From Raillietiella orientalis (taxonomy: Eukaryota), in assembly GCA_036172245.1 (NCBI GenBank), contig JAYWIR010000003.1, positions 6,758,001 through 6,822,000 of the forward strand: 64,000 nucleotides of DNA, written 5' to 3'. The translations under genes were made by a program, and so were the position numbers. Below are positions 14,251-27,839 of this stretch, one piece after another. Positions within the stretch are counted from its first letter, which is position 1. Every line of letters starts with the position of its first letter. Under the pieces are notes generated by a model, which was not told where the DNA came from, did not search any database, and worked only from the letters and a program-made list of their open reading frames with translations.

Positions 14251-15389
14251 ATAAACTCGCCAGTGCCTGCACTCCACTGTGAGAGACTGCGATCACCTAT
14301 TCTCCTTCTGAAAGCACTCCGTGCATCTCGGGGCATTCCCAAATTCTCAAGTCGAAACTTGTAGCCGAGTAATTTTGCTGTATTAGCAGGATGGATGGAT
14401 TGATGTTTTTCCTTTCTTTGAACGTAATCATAAAAAAAAATTGAAACGTCAGAACCTTTGTTTTTCAATCAGGCACAAGTGTACACATATAGGAGAATTC
14501 TTTGCACGTTATATGGGGATGAGGCTATAAATAGTAAGTGTTTACGAAGCTAGCCTTCTTCGCAAACACATTCTCATCCTTGAATCAATCTTTTCAAACT
14601 CAATCAATTATGTAACTCATAGCTGGTAGTACCCCAACACATAACCGAATGGCAGACTACACAAGCAGTCCCCAACACCTTCTGGAGCACCCAGGAGGTT
14701 GCATGGGAAACCCAACATGGGGAACAACGTAGCAAACCACAAGCACTTTCATTCGGGATTTTTTTTTTGTCAACTGCGTACCACTTCTGGCATGACTGTC
14801 ACTTTTTCGTTTTTGGTCAACGCACCAAGCCAAGTCCAGTATATACCAAATTAAGCATCCAAGCAGCTACCACCCTCGATACCCCCTCTCTGACGTGAGG
14901 AAAATGCAGGCAGATGCTCACTCTGTTTGCGATATATCAATCTTATCCTTTGTACCAACACCACGATTTTTATGATTTCCATCGCTAATGGATCTTAGAA
15001 TGTTCCTGTGTTTTGATTTTTTTGTGTGTCTTTTTGCCTTTTGGCACAGAATCGATTTCAGTAATCCAAACCTTCTAATGCTTTTCTTCGGATACATCGG
15101 TTCCTTTAGAATCGATGCCCATTCATTTGAAGAAAACCACGAGCCGTTATGCAAACCTATGCTTCAGACGCTCGGAATGTTTCAAAAAAGCAGAAAATCC
15201 TAAAAAAAGGGAAACGGAAACGACTATGATATAAATCTTCGTGTAGCTCAGTTGAAATGTTTCAGAAAAGGGTTCATGTTTCCTGTAGCTCACCATTTAC
15301 AATATCATAACTCTAACTGAATAGTTCTAATGGCGAGTAGCTAAACTTGGAAACGAATTTGATAAATATTCCAAATGGAAAAAAGCAAC

Positions 15390-15690
15390 GAGACGCTACT
15401 CAAAGGGCGCAACCCTACACTAAAGATAGACAGAAAAGTACATTTTCATTAAACTGTTGGAAATGAAAAGATTAGCCGAACTATTACAGTCATTATATCA
15501 AAACCAACTGAATTGTAACATAATTGGACAACATCATTAAAATGCATAGTAATGGCACAGACTCATAGAAACTTAATTAGAGAACTCCCTGATGAGTGGT
15601 ATACAACTAGGATCGTGGTTTAATTTTTGAAAATCAATGGTGCTCACAAGGATGAAAATGGATGCAGCTGCACTTACAATTATAGCCCGC
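15390..15690 (+). pseudogene. AT-rich decayed ankyrin-repeat remnant
   Basis: SKGATLH then, after a frameshift, TKDRQKST (15400-15442); NGAHKDENG (15636-15662). Confidence 0.35.
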
Positions 15691-16080
15691 CAGTGAGTTT
15701 CACGCATCAATAAAGATTCAAAAGTCTATACCTAGAATGTCTCACACAGGAACTCGACCTAGGAATTCATCAAATGAAAAGCGTCGTCTGTTCAAAGGCT
15801 GACTTAATGAAAAGTTGCAATATATCGTGAAACCCATGTTTTTTGTTTTTTGTTTTTTTTAACAATTTGAGAGTTCATTTGATCAGGTTTTTTTTTTCTT
15901 TAATGACATTTGAGGATACTTCAAAATACATTCGTGTAATTTACACTACTAAATTTATAGAAAGCTACTTTAAAGCCACTTACTGTACTTATCTCAGATG
16001 ACAACTCTAAGGAGCCTCTTAGGAGTCAATGCTTTGAGCAAACGTCGAGAGTTAAGCTCTCTTGCATTTTATTGAAAGAT

Positions 16081-16287
16081 GCTTCAAATTATCTGTTGAT
16101 CGCTTAATATAATGAAATAATAGCTTAACCCTTAACTAATCCTTAATGCTTTATTCATCGTCAGATGAAAGAAATGTTTAATCTCCCAAGTTCTATCTGT
16201 AGGAACTTAAAATGGTGAAGTATCTGATATTCCACTGATCCTGAGTATTACAACAATTCTGTATGTTTTCAAATGTAGCTTTCTCCA
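16081..16287 (+). repeat. Diverged direct repeat, copy 2 (partner 14041-14250)
   Basis: Same sequence as copy 1 but with many A/T where copy 1 has G/C. Confidence 0.9.
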
Positions 16288-19200
16288 AAGTGTTTGATTT
16301 GTTAATTTTGCGTTTTTATCTTTGATGGTTACTATTATTCACAAACTATAGAGTTTTTAGAAAGTTCATAATCTTCGCTGCTTAAGATTTCTATGGATAT
16401 CTGATTAGCAAATGCATTAAACGGTAAACTTCTTCATTTATATAAGACTCTCATTTCATCGAATGTAGTTTTGATCATTAAATACTAAAAATGTGGTGTA
16501 ATTGTATTTTTTGATTAAGAATTGGAAAGCTAGATGTTCTGAAGCTTTTAGCTTTTTGCTTTAAAATTTAATTTTCCTTACCAGATTTCACTGTCAAGAT
16601 TTTAAAGCATTTTTTTTTGCGATCTGCATTAAATCCACTATTTCCCCACTTTTGTAAATGTAATTTTTCAATTAGATGTATCTTCGGAATATATTTACGG
16701 TGGAAGTTCTTGTTCATCCTGTGGACATCAATTGTTGGCGGAATTTGAGTTGTTTTTATGTCATTCCGAATTCGTGTGGTGTTTTGCAACTTGAGCATGT
16801 ATAGTGATGTGATTTTTTGCATGATGTCGTCAAATTGCTGCCAATTTGTTATTGACGTGTTATGAATTATTTTCCAATCAGATAGGACAGATAGCAGTTA
16901 ATGTACATAGTTATTGAAAATAAGTGATTCCCAATCTTCGAGTGAGTATGACTATGGTATGCCATTTTATTTCAGGCCAAAAATGTGAATACTCATAAAC
17001 TGTTTTGATCCATCAAACGCTTTAAAAGCACAATTACTCTAATTGTTTTTAAATTTGCAGGTGTGCAGAAATCGTTATACATTTCAGCTAAAGTGTGATT
17101 TGGTCGCGGGAATGTGTTTGAGGGGTTGTAATTGTTAACCATAAAAGAGTGATCTTCTTGAAAGTGACAGTAGTCTCTCGCTAACCTGAACCAGGTGAAG
17201 TTCGTAAGCCGGCACGTTAGCATGATGAACAGTGTTCCTTTCAGTAGTGACCTATTCACATGTGTGAATACTTGAGAACCGTACATTGCCATCACTGAAA
17301 ACTGTCATGAAAAAATGTAATGAATTTGCTATTGATTGCTTTTACCAAAGAGCATTTGATTCTGTTTCCAGTTCCAAATAATCCAAAATTTCTCAAGTTC
17401 CAATTTGTGAATTTGCGTAAAACAAATTTCGCGTAAAGTAAATATGTAACTTAAGTGTAACCTAAAGTAATAATCAAATTGCATGTGAACGATTTTGAAT
17501 TTTCAAGAAATACTGCATTACGAAAGTGCGAAAGTGAATGCTAGGATGTTCTGTGATGAATTATTCCAAAATATTAAGTATCTGGGATTTTTATTTGAAA
17601 GTACTTAAAAACTTGTATGATTCCTTGATTTCCGTCTTGCAATGTCTCGAGATTTACCGTTTTTAAAGAATAAATGTTGATAGTCGAAACCCAGTCTTAA
17701 TAGCCTTTTTATTTTTTTGCACATATTAAGAACGTTATGTCTTAGTGAACTGTGAGTTGATGAATTACTTAAATAATTCAAGGCAGTGGTATTAACAGAA
17801 CAAGTTTTTTGTATGTATCCTTTGGCATTATGTAACACTTCAAAAGTAAATGCAATTTAACTAGACTAAGATGTTCACATTCTGATTCTTATGCATTTCC
17901 ATCCTGATGTTTGATATTGTTATCAAAATATCCGTGACAGGAACTTGTCTAAAGCAATCATTTTTTTTTGTGTTTTTTGCTGCCCATGCTGCATGTTAAG
18001 TAGCCACCAAATAGGAAAATACGATGTTATTTATTATGGAAACTAGTGATTAACTATTAATTTGGATGCTTTTACCCTTAATGGAATCAGCAAATGCGTC
18101 CCCCACCTTTTTTTTTTTTTTTTCATTGATGAAAATCGAGTTTGCTCGATGATCGAAATCTTGAAACTTAGTTTTTGATGCTTGGAAAGCAATGACCGAT
18201 TGGTTAAATCAGTCATAGATCTCATCCGCAAAACTGATTGTTGCAGAAACAGTTGAATGTGATTGGCATTATTTGAAAGTATCCAAACTGGAAAAGTTTG
18301 ACATTTAAAGATCTTTTAATAAGAAATGTTGTGGAACTTCAGCATTGTATAAAGGGACCCTAAGGCTTCTTGGTTTTTTATGTTCGCCTTGGTTCGTTGC
18401 TGTTTGCTAGTATTGGAATAGAGAAATTTTTGCCCCCCAACTATTTTTAAATATTAATATTGTAAGTGCTCTCATTTGCAGCTGTTCATAAATGTTTTTA
18501 CTGGTGGTTGATAAGTATACGATTTATATTTGTGTTATAAACTAGTAGAACATCATTCTTAAGTGCCATCAGGGTGTCAGTGCTAGAATAAATTGGTTTG
18601 GATTTTGTGATACTTCTATTTGCTCATACATAAGATCCTTTCAGTTTGCAAAAGAAGCAGGTGCCAGATTAGGTTATTCATTTGCAATGCCTGATCGTAT
18701 TGATATTCTTAATTCTGACATTTTATCATTATTATTGTCATTCTTAGAATTTTGTCATAATTGTTTTATGATATTTTTTTAATTTTTTCTTGTTTTGATA
18801 TGAGTGATGATGTAAGTGTTAAAAGTAGGAAACTTTTCTTAAGGCTCCTTACACTGGGTTATTAGTAACGTTTTTGATTTTATAAAATAAAATTGTTCAA
18901 ATAGCAATGTCAAGAAAATATAATGAGGAATGTTATTAAAGTCATGCTCCAAGGAAATTTGAGAAAGAATATAGTGATTTGTTAGGGCCATCACCAGTAC
19001 TCGAGTTAGTCATTGTAATTTTCGTTTGAAAAATATTTGTGAAGTTAAGAGAATTATTTTTAATGTCATGTTTTGGCCGTGTGTTGCACCAAGGTTAAAA
19101 ACATAATAAATCATGCATTAAGGTTTTTTTAGGTGTATGAATTCCACTCCATATTTAAATATGGAAAGGTTCTGTTTTAATCGAAGTTCTGTTTAAAGAC

Positions 19201-19566
19201 CACAAATGCTAGCTTGTTAAATCGTTTCACGTTGCTCTTTCTTTTTCTTTGTTTCGTTTTTTTGGAAGTTAAGTGTAAATGTAACAAATTGGTGTAACTA
19301 CCAGTAAAATCTTGACTCACCAATACTTTTTTCATAAATGGACGAGCAAATCATAAATAAACTTGATCTTGCATTATAAATTGCATTATAAATTTCTTTC
19401 AAGAAAGAATCTTTCCTGCTTTAATTTTGTAAACCTATGAAGAATTGAAGTTTAATGAAAGTACATTCTATCATTGTCTTTAAAAAAATTGTTAATAACT
19501 TGATGTTTTTGGGATTTTGTTACGATTTTTTTGATTTTTTGTGCTTTTAGAAACAAGAATAGCAGG

Positions 19567-22500
19567 ATGAGTGTGGACACATATGGAACCAGCTCCCAGA
19601 CGTTAACCTTTCTGGATACCGAAGAAAATGATTTTCTTGGGGCAGATACGCAAGGCTCAGAATTTGAGTTCACAGATTTTACTCTGCCTAGCCAATCACA
19701 GACCCAGCTTGAGGGTCTGCCCAGTCAGAATTCCCAAATGAATGGTGAAATCCATTTGACCAGCAGTGTTATGCTAGCTAATACAGCTCAAGCCTTGGCA
19801 GAGCTTCAATTTGAGGAGGAGGAGGAGGAGGGCAATTCATATTATTCTCGCAATTTGCCAGAACATGCCTGCAAATATTGTGGCATCCATGATCCTGCAT
19901 GTGTGCTCATGTGCAATGCCTGTCGCCGGTGGTTTTGCAATGGGCGTGGAAATACATCTGGCTCCCACATTGTGAATCATCTGGTCCGTGCGAAGCATAA
20001 GGATGTGACTTTACACCGTGATGGCCCCCTTGGAGAAACTATACTAGAATGCTACAACTGTTCTTCCCGTAATGTTTTTGTGTTGGGTTTTATTCCTGCC
20101 AAAACTGACTCTGTGGTTGTGCTTTTATGCCGTCACCCATGTGCTAACCAATCTTCCTTGAAAGATATGAACTGGGATCAAGACAAGTGGAAGCCACTGA
20201 TATCAGACCGAGCTTTTTTATCTTGGCTTGTAAAAGTTCCTCTTGAACAAGAACAGCTCAGGGCACGTCAAATCACTGCACAACAGATTTCCCGCTTGGA
20301 GGAGTTGTGGAAAGTAAATGCTGATGCTACTTTGGATGATTTGGAGAAACCAGGCGTTGATGAAGAACCAGCACATGTACTTCTGCGCTATGAAGATGGC
20401 TATCAGTATCAGAATATTTTTGGGCCATTAGTCAAATTGGAGGCTGACTATGACCGCAAGCTAAAAGAATCACAAACACAAGACAATGTAGCTGTGCGCT
20501 GGGATGTAGGTCTAAACAAGAAGACTCTGGCATATTTCACTTTGGCCAAAGCTGATGGTGACATGCGCCTGATGCATGGTGATGAATTGCGTCTGCGCTA
20601 TTTGGGTGATGTACACAAACCATGGGCTGGTGTAGGACATGTCATTAAGATTCCTGACAACCATGGAGAAGAAGTTGGCATCGAATTGAAATGTGGAGCT
20701 GGTGCTCCAACGGATGCATCACGCAATTTTGTTGTGGATTTTGTATGGAAGTCAACGTCGTTTGATCGCATGCAGATGGCACTGCGCAAGTTTGCTGTAG
20801 ATGATGCATCTGTTTCTGGATACATTTACCATCGTTTATTGGGTCATGAAGTAGAAGAAGTGGCTTTCCGTTGTCATGCCCCCAAGCATTTTTCAGCACC
20901 TAATTTGCCTGATTTGAATCGTTCCCAAGTGTATGCTGTAAAACAAGCATTACAGAGACCACTGTCTCTCATCCAAGGACCTCCAGGAACAGGAAAAACT
21001 GTTACTTCTGCCACCATTGTGTATCATCTAGTTCGCCTGAATGGTGGTCCTGTTCTGGTGTGTGCTCCCTCCAACATAGCTGTGGATCAACTCACAGAGA
21101 AGATTCATCGCACTGGACTGCGTGTTATTCGACTGTGTGCTAAGAGTCGTGAGGCCATCGACTCTCCAGTCTCCTTCCTGGCACTTCACAATCAAGTACG
21201 TGGTTTGGAGGCCAACCTCGAGCTGGCCAAACTTCAGCAGCTGAAAGATGAAACAGGGGAATTAGCAGCAGCAGATGAGAAACGTTACAGAGCTTTACGT
21301 AAAGCTGCTGAGAAAGAACTGCTAGAGGCAGCTGATGTAGTGTGCTGCACGTGTGTTGGTGCTGGAGATCCACGTCTTGTTCGTCTGAAATTTGGCTCCA
21401 TTCTTATTGATGAGAGTATGCAAGCTACTGAACCAGAATGCATGGTACCTGTTGTGCTTGGTGCAAAACAGTTGATATTGGTGGGTGACCACTGTCAGCT
21501 GGGTCCAGTTGTAATGTGCAAGAAAGCAGCTGAAGCAGGACTTTCTCAGTCATTGTTTGAGCGATTGGTTGTTCTTGGTATTCGTCCACTGCGGCTGGAA
21601 GTCCAGTATCGCATGCATCCAGAACTAGCACGTTTTCCATCCAATTTTTTCTATGAGGGTTCTTTGCAGAATGGGGTGCATGAAGATGAAAGGCGTCTGC
21701 GACAGATTGATCTTTGGCCTGTCCCTGAAAAACCAATGTTCTTTTATGCTACTTGTGGACAAGATGAAATCTCTGCTTCAGGAACATCATTTTTGAATCG
21801 CACAGAAGCTGCTAATGTAGAGCGTGTTACTACACGTTTTCTTCGTTGTGGTGTATCACCTGAGCAGATAGGCATTATCACACCCTATGAGGGTCAGCGG
21901 GCCTACCTTGTTCAGTACATGCAACTGCAAGGTTCCCTACCACATAAATTATATATGGAAGTTGAAGTAGCATCTGTTGATGCTTTTCAAGGACGTGAAA
22001 AGGACATTATTATTATGTCATGTGTGCGTTCCAATGAGAATCAAGGCATTGGCTTTTTAAGCGATCCACGGCGACTTAATGTTGCTCTCACACGTGCCAA
22101 ATTTGGAATTGTCATTGTGGGCAATGCCAAAGTTCTCTGCAAGCAACCTATATGGAATCATCTATTGATATTCTATAAAGAGAATCATGTGCTAGTGGAA
22201 GGCCCTCTGTCACATCTAAAAGAAAGCCTTATCCAGTTTGGAAGACCTCGTAAGCTACTGAATCTTGACAATCCAGGCACGCACTTTATGACCACTACAT
22301 TGATTGATGCCCGAGAAGCTATGGTGCCAGGATCTGTATATGATCGAAGCCGCCAGATGCATGGCCCTTATAACTATGGTTTAACACGTGATCCATTTTC
22401 TCGTGGAGGTCCATCACATGATCCTTTGGGATATATTGGTAGCACAACTGATCGTACTGGATTACATCAGCAACAGCATCTACCTACCTCTCTCAGTAAT

Positions 22501-22893
22501 TTGCCAGTCCCAGTTGGAATGTTTCTGAATATGTCACATGTGCCACCTCGATTTTATCAGCAAGCCATGCGTCAGAACCAGCGAGCACAAAGGCAACGTA
22601 ATGGCAATAAGGCAACCCGCAATAATTTCCGAAGTTTAGCTGAGCCCACATTATCTCAGGAAGCAGGAAATGTGCATGCATGTCGTCAGGGAGCACCACT
22701 AACTCAGCCTGCATTTGCTGGTTTATCACAACCAGGTCTGTCACAGATTGATTTGTCACAAGATGCCTTCTTGTTGGGCGAGCTCCACTCCCAAATGGAT
22801 GGATTGCTATCACAAGATTCGTCATATCAAGGTGATCGATCGCTTTTCTGCCCTGGTGCTTCGCAAGGTGCTCAATTTTCCCAACCGTACTGA
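19567..22893 (+). CDS. UPF1: Regulator of nonsense transcripts 1 (UPF1/RENT1) SF1 RNA helicase, single coding exon, 1108 aa
   Basis: Uninterrupted ORF from ATG 19567 ([20 protein letters not shown]). It has the Cys/His-rich CH domain ([12 protein letters not shown]...[11 protein letters not shown]...ECYNC), Walker [42 protein letters not shown], and C-terminal LSQ repeats ending SQPY. A T-rich tract plus AG just upstream (~19550) suggests a 5' UTR intron. Confidence 0.98.
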   Translation: MSVDTYGTSSQTLTFLDTEENDFLGADTQGSEFEFTDFTLPSQSQTQLEGLPSQNSQMNGEIHLTSSVMLANTAQALAELQFEEEEEEGNSYYSRNLPEHACKYCGIHDPACVLMCNACRRWFCNGRGNTSGSHIVNHLVRAKHKDVTLHRDGPLGETILECYNCSSRNVFVLGFIPAKTDSVVVLLCRHPCANQSSLKDMNWDQDKWKPLISDRAFLSWLVKVPLEQEQLRARQITAQQISRLEELWKVNADATLDDLEKPGVDEEPAHVLLRYEDGYQYQNIFGPLVKLEADYDRKLKESQTQDNVAVRWDVGLNKKTLAYFTLAKADGDMRLMHGDELRLRYLGDVHKPWAGVGHVIKIPDNHGEEVGIELKCGAGAPTDASRNFVVDFVWKSTSFDRMQMALRKFAVDDASVSGYIYHRLLGHEVEEVAFRCHAPKHFSAPNLPDLNRSQVYAVKQALQRPLSLIQGPPGTGKTVTSATIVYHLVRLNGGPVLVCAPSNIAVDQLTEKIHRTGLRVIRLCAKSREAIDSPVSFLALHNQVRGLEANLELAKLQQLKDETGELAAADEKRYRALRKAAEKELLEAADVVCCTCVGAGDPRLVRLKFGSILIDESMQATEPECMVPVVLGAKQLILVGDHCQLGPVVMCKKAAEAGLSQSLFERLVVLGIRPLRLEVQYRMHPELARFPSNFFYEGSLQNGVHEDERRLRQIDLWPVPEKPMFFYATCGQDEISASGTSFLNRTEAANVERVTTRFLRCGVSPEQIGIITPYEGQRAYLVQYMQLQGSLPHKLYMEVEVASVDAFQGREKDIIIMSCVRSNENQGIGFLSDPRRLNVALTRAKFGIVIVGNAKVLCKQPIWNHLLIFYKENHVLVEGPLSHLKESLIQFGRPRKLLNLDNPGTHFMTTTLIDAREAMVPGSVYDRSRQMHGPYNYGLTRDPFSRGGPSHDPLGYIGSTTDRTGLHQQQHLPTSLSNLPVPVGMFLNMSHVPPRFYQQAMRQNQRAQRQRNGNKATRNNFRSLAEPTLSQEAGNVHACRQGAPLTQPAFAGLSQPGLSQIDLSQDAFLLGELHSQMDGLLSQDSSYQGDRSLFCPGASQGAQFSQPY

Positions 22894-23821
22894 ACGGCGG
22901 TTGGGGATGAGCCCAAATAGCCCGCCTGTCTGTGAGGTGGTGCTTCTGAGAAGATCCTTTATCATCAGGAAATCTCACAACGCGTCAGCGAGCATCGAGT
23001 TGCTCCGATTTGCCAAATTCTTGTGTTGAGGGTGTTGCACAGTGGGACCGATGTCAGAATACATTATCTGTATGACATGACTTATTTCTTATTGCATTAT
23101 CTTTAGGTGTGAATGGATACCAAAGGGTCTTCTCTCTCTCCCTCTCTCATCTAGCAGTTAATCAAGTGGGATTATTATTATTATATTCCCAGTGCCTGTA
23201 TACTTTCACTTTCACCCTTTCGGAAGCTTACCATATTGCTCTACCTGGAACCATGAGGCAGTTCTCAGTTTGGAAAACTACTCTGTATTGATCTAATTTT
23301 ACTTTGATTCTTTCAGCATGAGATTGTGTGTTGTCAGTTTGAGATTTTGTTTAACCAGATGGTAGAACCAGTTTATCAGTACTTGAAAGGAGTCACCAAG
23401 TAGTTCCACTAACTTCATTAGATACAACTGTTTTGCATGTATGCAAAGCTGCTTTGCTTTGCATTGCATTTGCGTTGTACCAGGGTATTCATTAATGGAA
23501 AGTCAGTTGTTTTGGGTTCAAAGTATAGCACACCAAACTAATAGAGTAACATTCAAATGGCCACCTTGAAATGCAAGAGAAATTTTTTTCTTTGATTGAC
23601 TCATTTGTTTATTGCAGGTCGTCATGTCAAGTGCGTTGTTTATTGAGTGTGTTTGTCGAAAAATATAGTGTTTTCTTTAGACTGTTCCAGCTTGCCAAGC
23701 AAACTCGTAAGCCCCTCTCCTTAAAAAACAATCTCATTTTTAAGTGCAGAAAAAGCCTACTCCAGTGATTACCGAGAAAGTCAAAAATATTAAGTAGACA
23801 TTTTTATCTCCCATTTGATGT

Positions 23822-23827
23822 AATAAA
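23822..23827 (+). terminator. Candidate polyadenylation signal (AATAAA) for UPF1
   Basis: First AATAAA I found after the UPF1 stop, ~930 nt downstream, followed by T-rich sequence. Confidence 0.4.
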
Positions 23828-24666
23828 GACTTTTGTGACTCCATGGAATTTTCTTGGCACCCCACAGGTGATACACCCTTTTTTGTTCCCTTTTTTATTT
23901 TTATTTTTACAGTATCTTCGGGACATTTTCATTAAACTGCAAGAAAAATGTTAACCGATCAACCCGTTTTCGGCACTTTCGATTTATTTCTTTAGCTAAC
24001 CAAAAACCGAGTTTGGTGTATCCTCTTCTTTTCAGTTTCGTTCGTGAGAGAAACGCTGCGAATCATTTGTCACAAAGTAATCTTTCCATTTTCTGTGTAC
24101 ACAAGTTAAGCTGTGTAAAAGCTTTTCGAGTGGTGTTAAAGAATGACCCCGGGCCTTTCTTCGTATCGTTTTGAGGTATAAGAAGGGCCAAATGGGAGGT
24201 CAGAAGACAAAACACCGTTAACATTGGCGTGGTTGTCGACGGTGCCGCTAGCAATAAGACAGCCCCCGAGGCGGTTTCTATACTTTCCGCGCTTCCTAGA
24301 GAGGCGGAGGTTCCGTCCGAGCGAAGCATCTTCGGCTGGTCACGGAGTGCGAGGCGGCAGCAGAGCAGCTGCCGCCGAATGGAGCCTTTCGGCGGGACTC
24401 ACGTGGTCCCCGCGAGAGATCGATGTCCCGGTGAGGCCAGCAGCCAGGAACCCGGCAGACGTAACCGACCTGCGCAAAAGCAAGGTGCCACTCGGGACCG
24501 GCCTACTTGCAGTCGCTCCCGCGTCCAGGGCCTGCTTTCGTTTGCCGGGAACTGCGGACTTTCCCCCTCTTCCCTCAACACGTCCCTTTTACGGTCTGGG
24601 CACGGCTGCTCCCTCTCCGTGCTCGCGGAACCCGCTTCGACGATTTCCCTTCCGGATGGGAATCTA

Positions 24667-24703
<37 letters not shown>

Positions 24704-27449
24704 CAAGCAGAATCACGACCTGGCTCGAGTATGTGATGCCATTGTAAACGCGCCGCTCAGATTTGCACGCTGGAAACACTCCTGATTTGGGAATCACCCA
24801 ACAGGGAATCTGTGACGGACTTCTTTGTTCTGCCAGTTCCCTCTCCGTAGCACACGAAGGCTGCTGAAGCTGATTTGCAGTTCTGATGATATCATAGACG
24901 GATGCGACCAGCGGCCTTATTTTCTTTGGGGGGGGGGGGGGGGGAGCGTGGAAGAAGCTCATCAAACGTGAAACGATTAGTAGCGAATCTCTTCAACAAA
25001 AAACAAAAAAAAAGTGATACAAAACTCTGCTGAGGCTGCAGTTGGAACCTTGCGGCTATCTATATGCAGGTGTGCCACAGCCGCAAGCATTCATCTTGCG
25101 TACATGAAAAGAAAAAAAAGAAAAACAAGATGCATGCTCGATGGAATCTGGGCATTCAACACCTGTATTTCGAAGGTTTCCAAGAATTTCTTCTTTAGTA
25201 CTACTACTTTCAGCGAGTTTCAGTCTGCCTCTTCGGGAATTCCTATCCTACCTAATACTTCAATTAGTTCTAGTTGGATCTTTCAGAGCTCTTATTTTTT
25301 CTCTCTAATGAAAAGTGAAATTTCATTTTATTGCTGCTCTCATAATAGTGTCTCACAAGCATGACTTCCGCTTTGTAATTCAGCCTTTTCGTTTCTTTGC
25401 AACAGCGAAAAGAATCGCTTTCAGCCGCCTGGTTTTGAGCTTTTCAAGTTTTTCTCCCACGAGCCATTATTTTGAAACACTGCTGTGTGATGTGCCTTAC
25501 ATCACAAAAGCTCCATCTTTCGGAGAGAATGGAATTCGAGGCACTCAACAGCGTTCATCTCCGGAAAGGCTGCTAAAATCGAGAAAAAGTAAGCTTTGCC
25601 TATCTGAATCACCATGGTGAATGGCGTACTCTCCTCGCAAGTCAGAATTTCAGAAGACGTTATTGCAGTATATGCTTCATGTGTTCACGAGCTCGGCATC
25701 CGTCTAAAGATGAACTCCTCCATCCAGTTCCTCCATCAGCCCGAGATGCTTCAAGAGACGACTTGAGCTTGCAAGAGCCATTGCCTCGGTTTTCTCGCAC
25801 AGCTCGTACTATGCAGATAAGCAATGGCCCTTATACGCGCTAGTATTAAAATAAGGATTGCCAAACCGTTTTGCATTTATTTGATTTCATTACCCGTACA
25901 CCAAGCAGCGTGGCTGAGGAATTTAGTATCCGTTTCTTTTCGTGCTTTCTTCTCTTTTAAGTTACAAAAAAAAAAAAAACACGCATGCTCGTGTACGCTA
26001 CAGGTTCGTTTAAATACAATTTCTTCATTCGTAACGGAGCTGTTCCATTCAGCAAACGTTCCCCTATCATCTAAAATTCTGCTGTGAACTATTTTGTGAA
26101 ATCTGTGCATAACCTCTCTTATAATTTTCGCAGACAAACAAACAAACAAAATCGCAAATTGTATGTCCATTTTTAATTAAGCGTAAAATGTTTCATAAAA
26201 ATGAAGCAGAAATGAAAACACCCTGACACGGACCTCAGTGGAACCATTTGTTCTTTCGCGCAGTTCGGTGGATTCGAGTAGTAGGGTGGGTGGGGTTCAT
26301 GAGTCTCCGAGATGGCAGACGGGGAAAGATCTTCACCAAGGACACTCTCATGGTGCCATTTTATTGTTTCCGTATCATTTGTGATGCACAATGGACACTT
26401 CCTGTGGCACGAGATTCTGCGTCTGAATGCTGCAGTGTGGCTAAAATAAACGTGAAACATTGTATAAATTGAATACCTACAGGAGCAGATATACTGTATA
26501 GTTGACCCACAGCTCTGCCAACCTTCTTTTCGCTCTTTTACAGAACAAAGTTGCCAGATTTACTGCTTCCGGAATTCTTAGTACAGCAAATGAAAATAAA
26601 CTAAATTTTTCACTCTTTCGAACGATGGCCCCCTATCGAGTAATCCTGTATCAAAAAAAACTCCTGCTTATTTGTTCTTGAAATTTTCCATGTATCAGGT
26701 AGACTTTTAGCAAGCAATATTTAGAGGTCACTAAAATAATGTTTCTTCAAATACTCTTCTGCTTTTGCGCACTCTGCTCCAGAATTTCGTGTACTTGCAT
26801 GACTAGTAGGTTAGTAATAATGCATTCTTACTGCATGCAATCTTGTTTCTGTGATTCTTCGTCGCAGAAAGCTCCGGGTGGATCACTTTCGGAGATGGGA
26901 TGATACGAATGTTGAGGTAATGGAGGGTGCGAGAAGAAAATCTACAATTAAAAACAGAAGCATCCGTACATACTCATATATCCTTTACGTGAGCAAAATA
27001 TGGAATTTGGAAACAAACTAACACAAAATTTAAGGCTTTTTTTTATTTTTTATTTTACTGTGTTCAAGTACCAAATTTGATTTAATATCTTTCCTTTTGA
27101 GTCTTAAAATCCCATCTATGCCGAATTTACACAAGAGGACTTTTGATGTTCTAACAGTAGTGAAGTATTAGGTGCTTTTGCTAATTTGATGTTTGTTCCT
27201 CAAAGAGGGAAAGCAGCTTGGAGTAAAGCCTTCCATCAAGTGTTCTCAGAACTTCATTAAATCGACATCCTTCTTTCTCCTTTGGGCAGCAAACAGTGCA
27301 CGTTTGCTGATCATAGTGTTCTGTATCGTTGGTTCAATGTTGTCGAACCGAAGCTTAGTGAGGTCACTTGATATTCCTTATGTATTCAAATGTTTTTGAC
27401 AAATAAGAGTGCATTGAAATTTTGTATATGTATTTGCTCCAAGTAAATT

Positions 27450-27505
27450 TTCGGAATATCTTTGTTTTGGAATGCAAGAACCACAAGAGGATCTCTCATT
27501 TTCTG
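27450..27505 (+). repeat. Short direct repeat, also at ~28670-28722
   Basis: GAATATCTTTGTTTTGGAATGCAAGAAC...GGATCTCTCATTTT versus GAATATCTTTGCTTTGGAAATGCAAGAAC...GGATCTCTCATTTT. Confidence 0.75.
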
Positions 27506-27839
27506 AATTTCTATGATTTTTCGATTTCGGATTCCTGATGTTTTGATTATTGGATTGGAACGCCGGATGCTGCAGTTGTGTAACAAACAGCGTTTCCAAG
27601 ACTGGCCCTCGTTCCGAATTTTTGTTATGGCACCCCTTGAAAATGTCGTTTTCCGGTGTGGAATGACTTTGGGATTCGTAGTCGAGTAGAAACTGCCGGT
27701 CACGTGAAGCACGGAGAGTGCCTTGAGCCGAACGAATAGCAACCGACTCGGAAGAAGCTCTTGGAACAAGGTTCCCGAGTTTTCCGACATTCCCGTTTCG
27801 GGCGACGTTTGCCCGGATTTGTTGAACGCCCAACCCCCA

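Noticed and set aside
15241..15300. tRNA A-box-like GTGTAGCTCAGTTG
   Set aside because: No D-stem closure, anticodon arm or T-loop follows.
27560..27790. Minus-strand LRR-like words (LKALSVLHVTG, CLLHNCSI)
   Set aside because: No consistent LRR periodicity and no gene structure.
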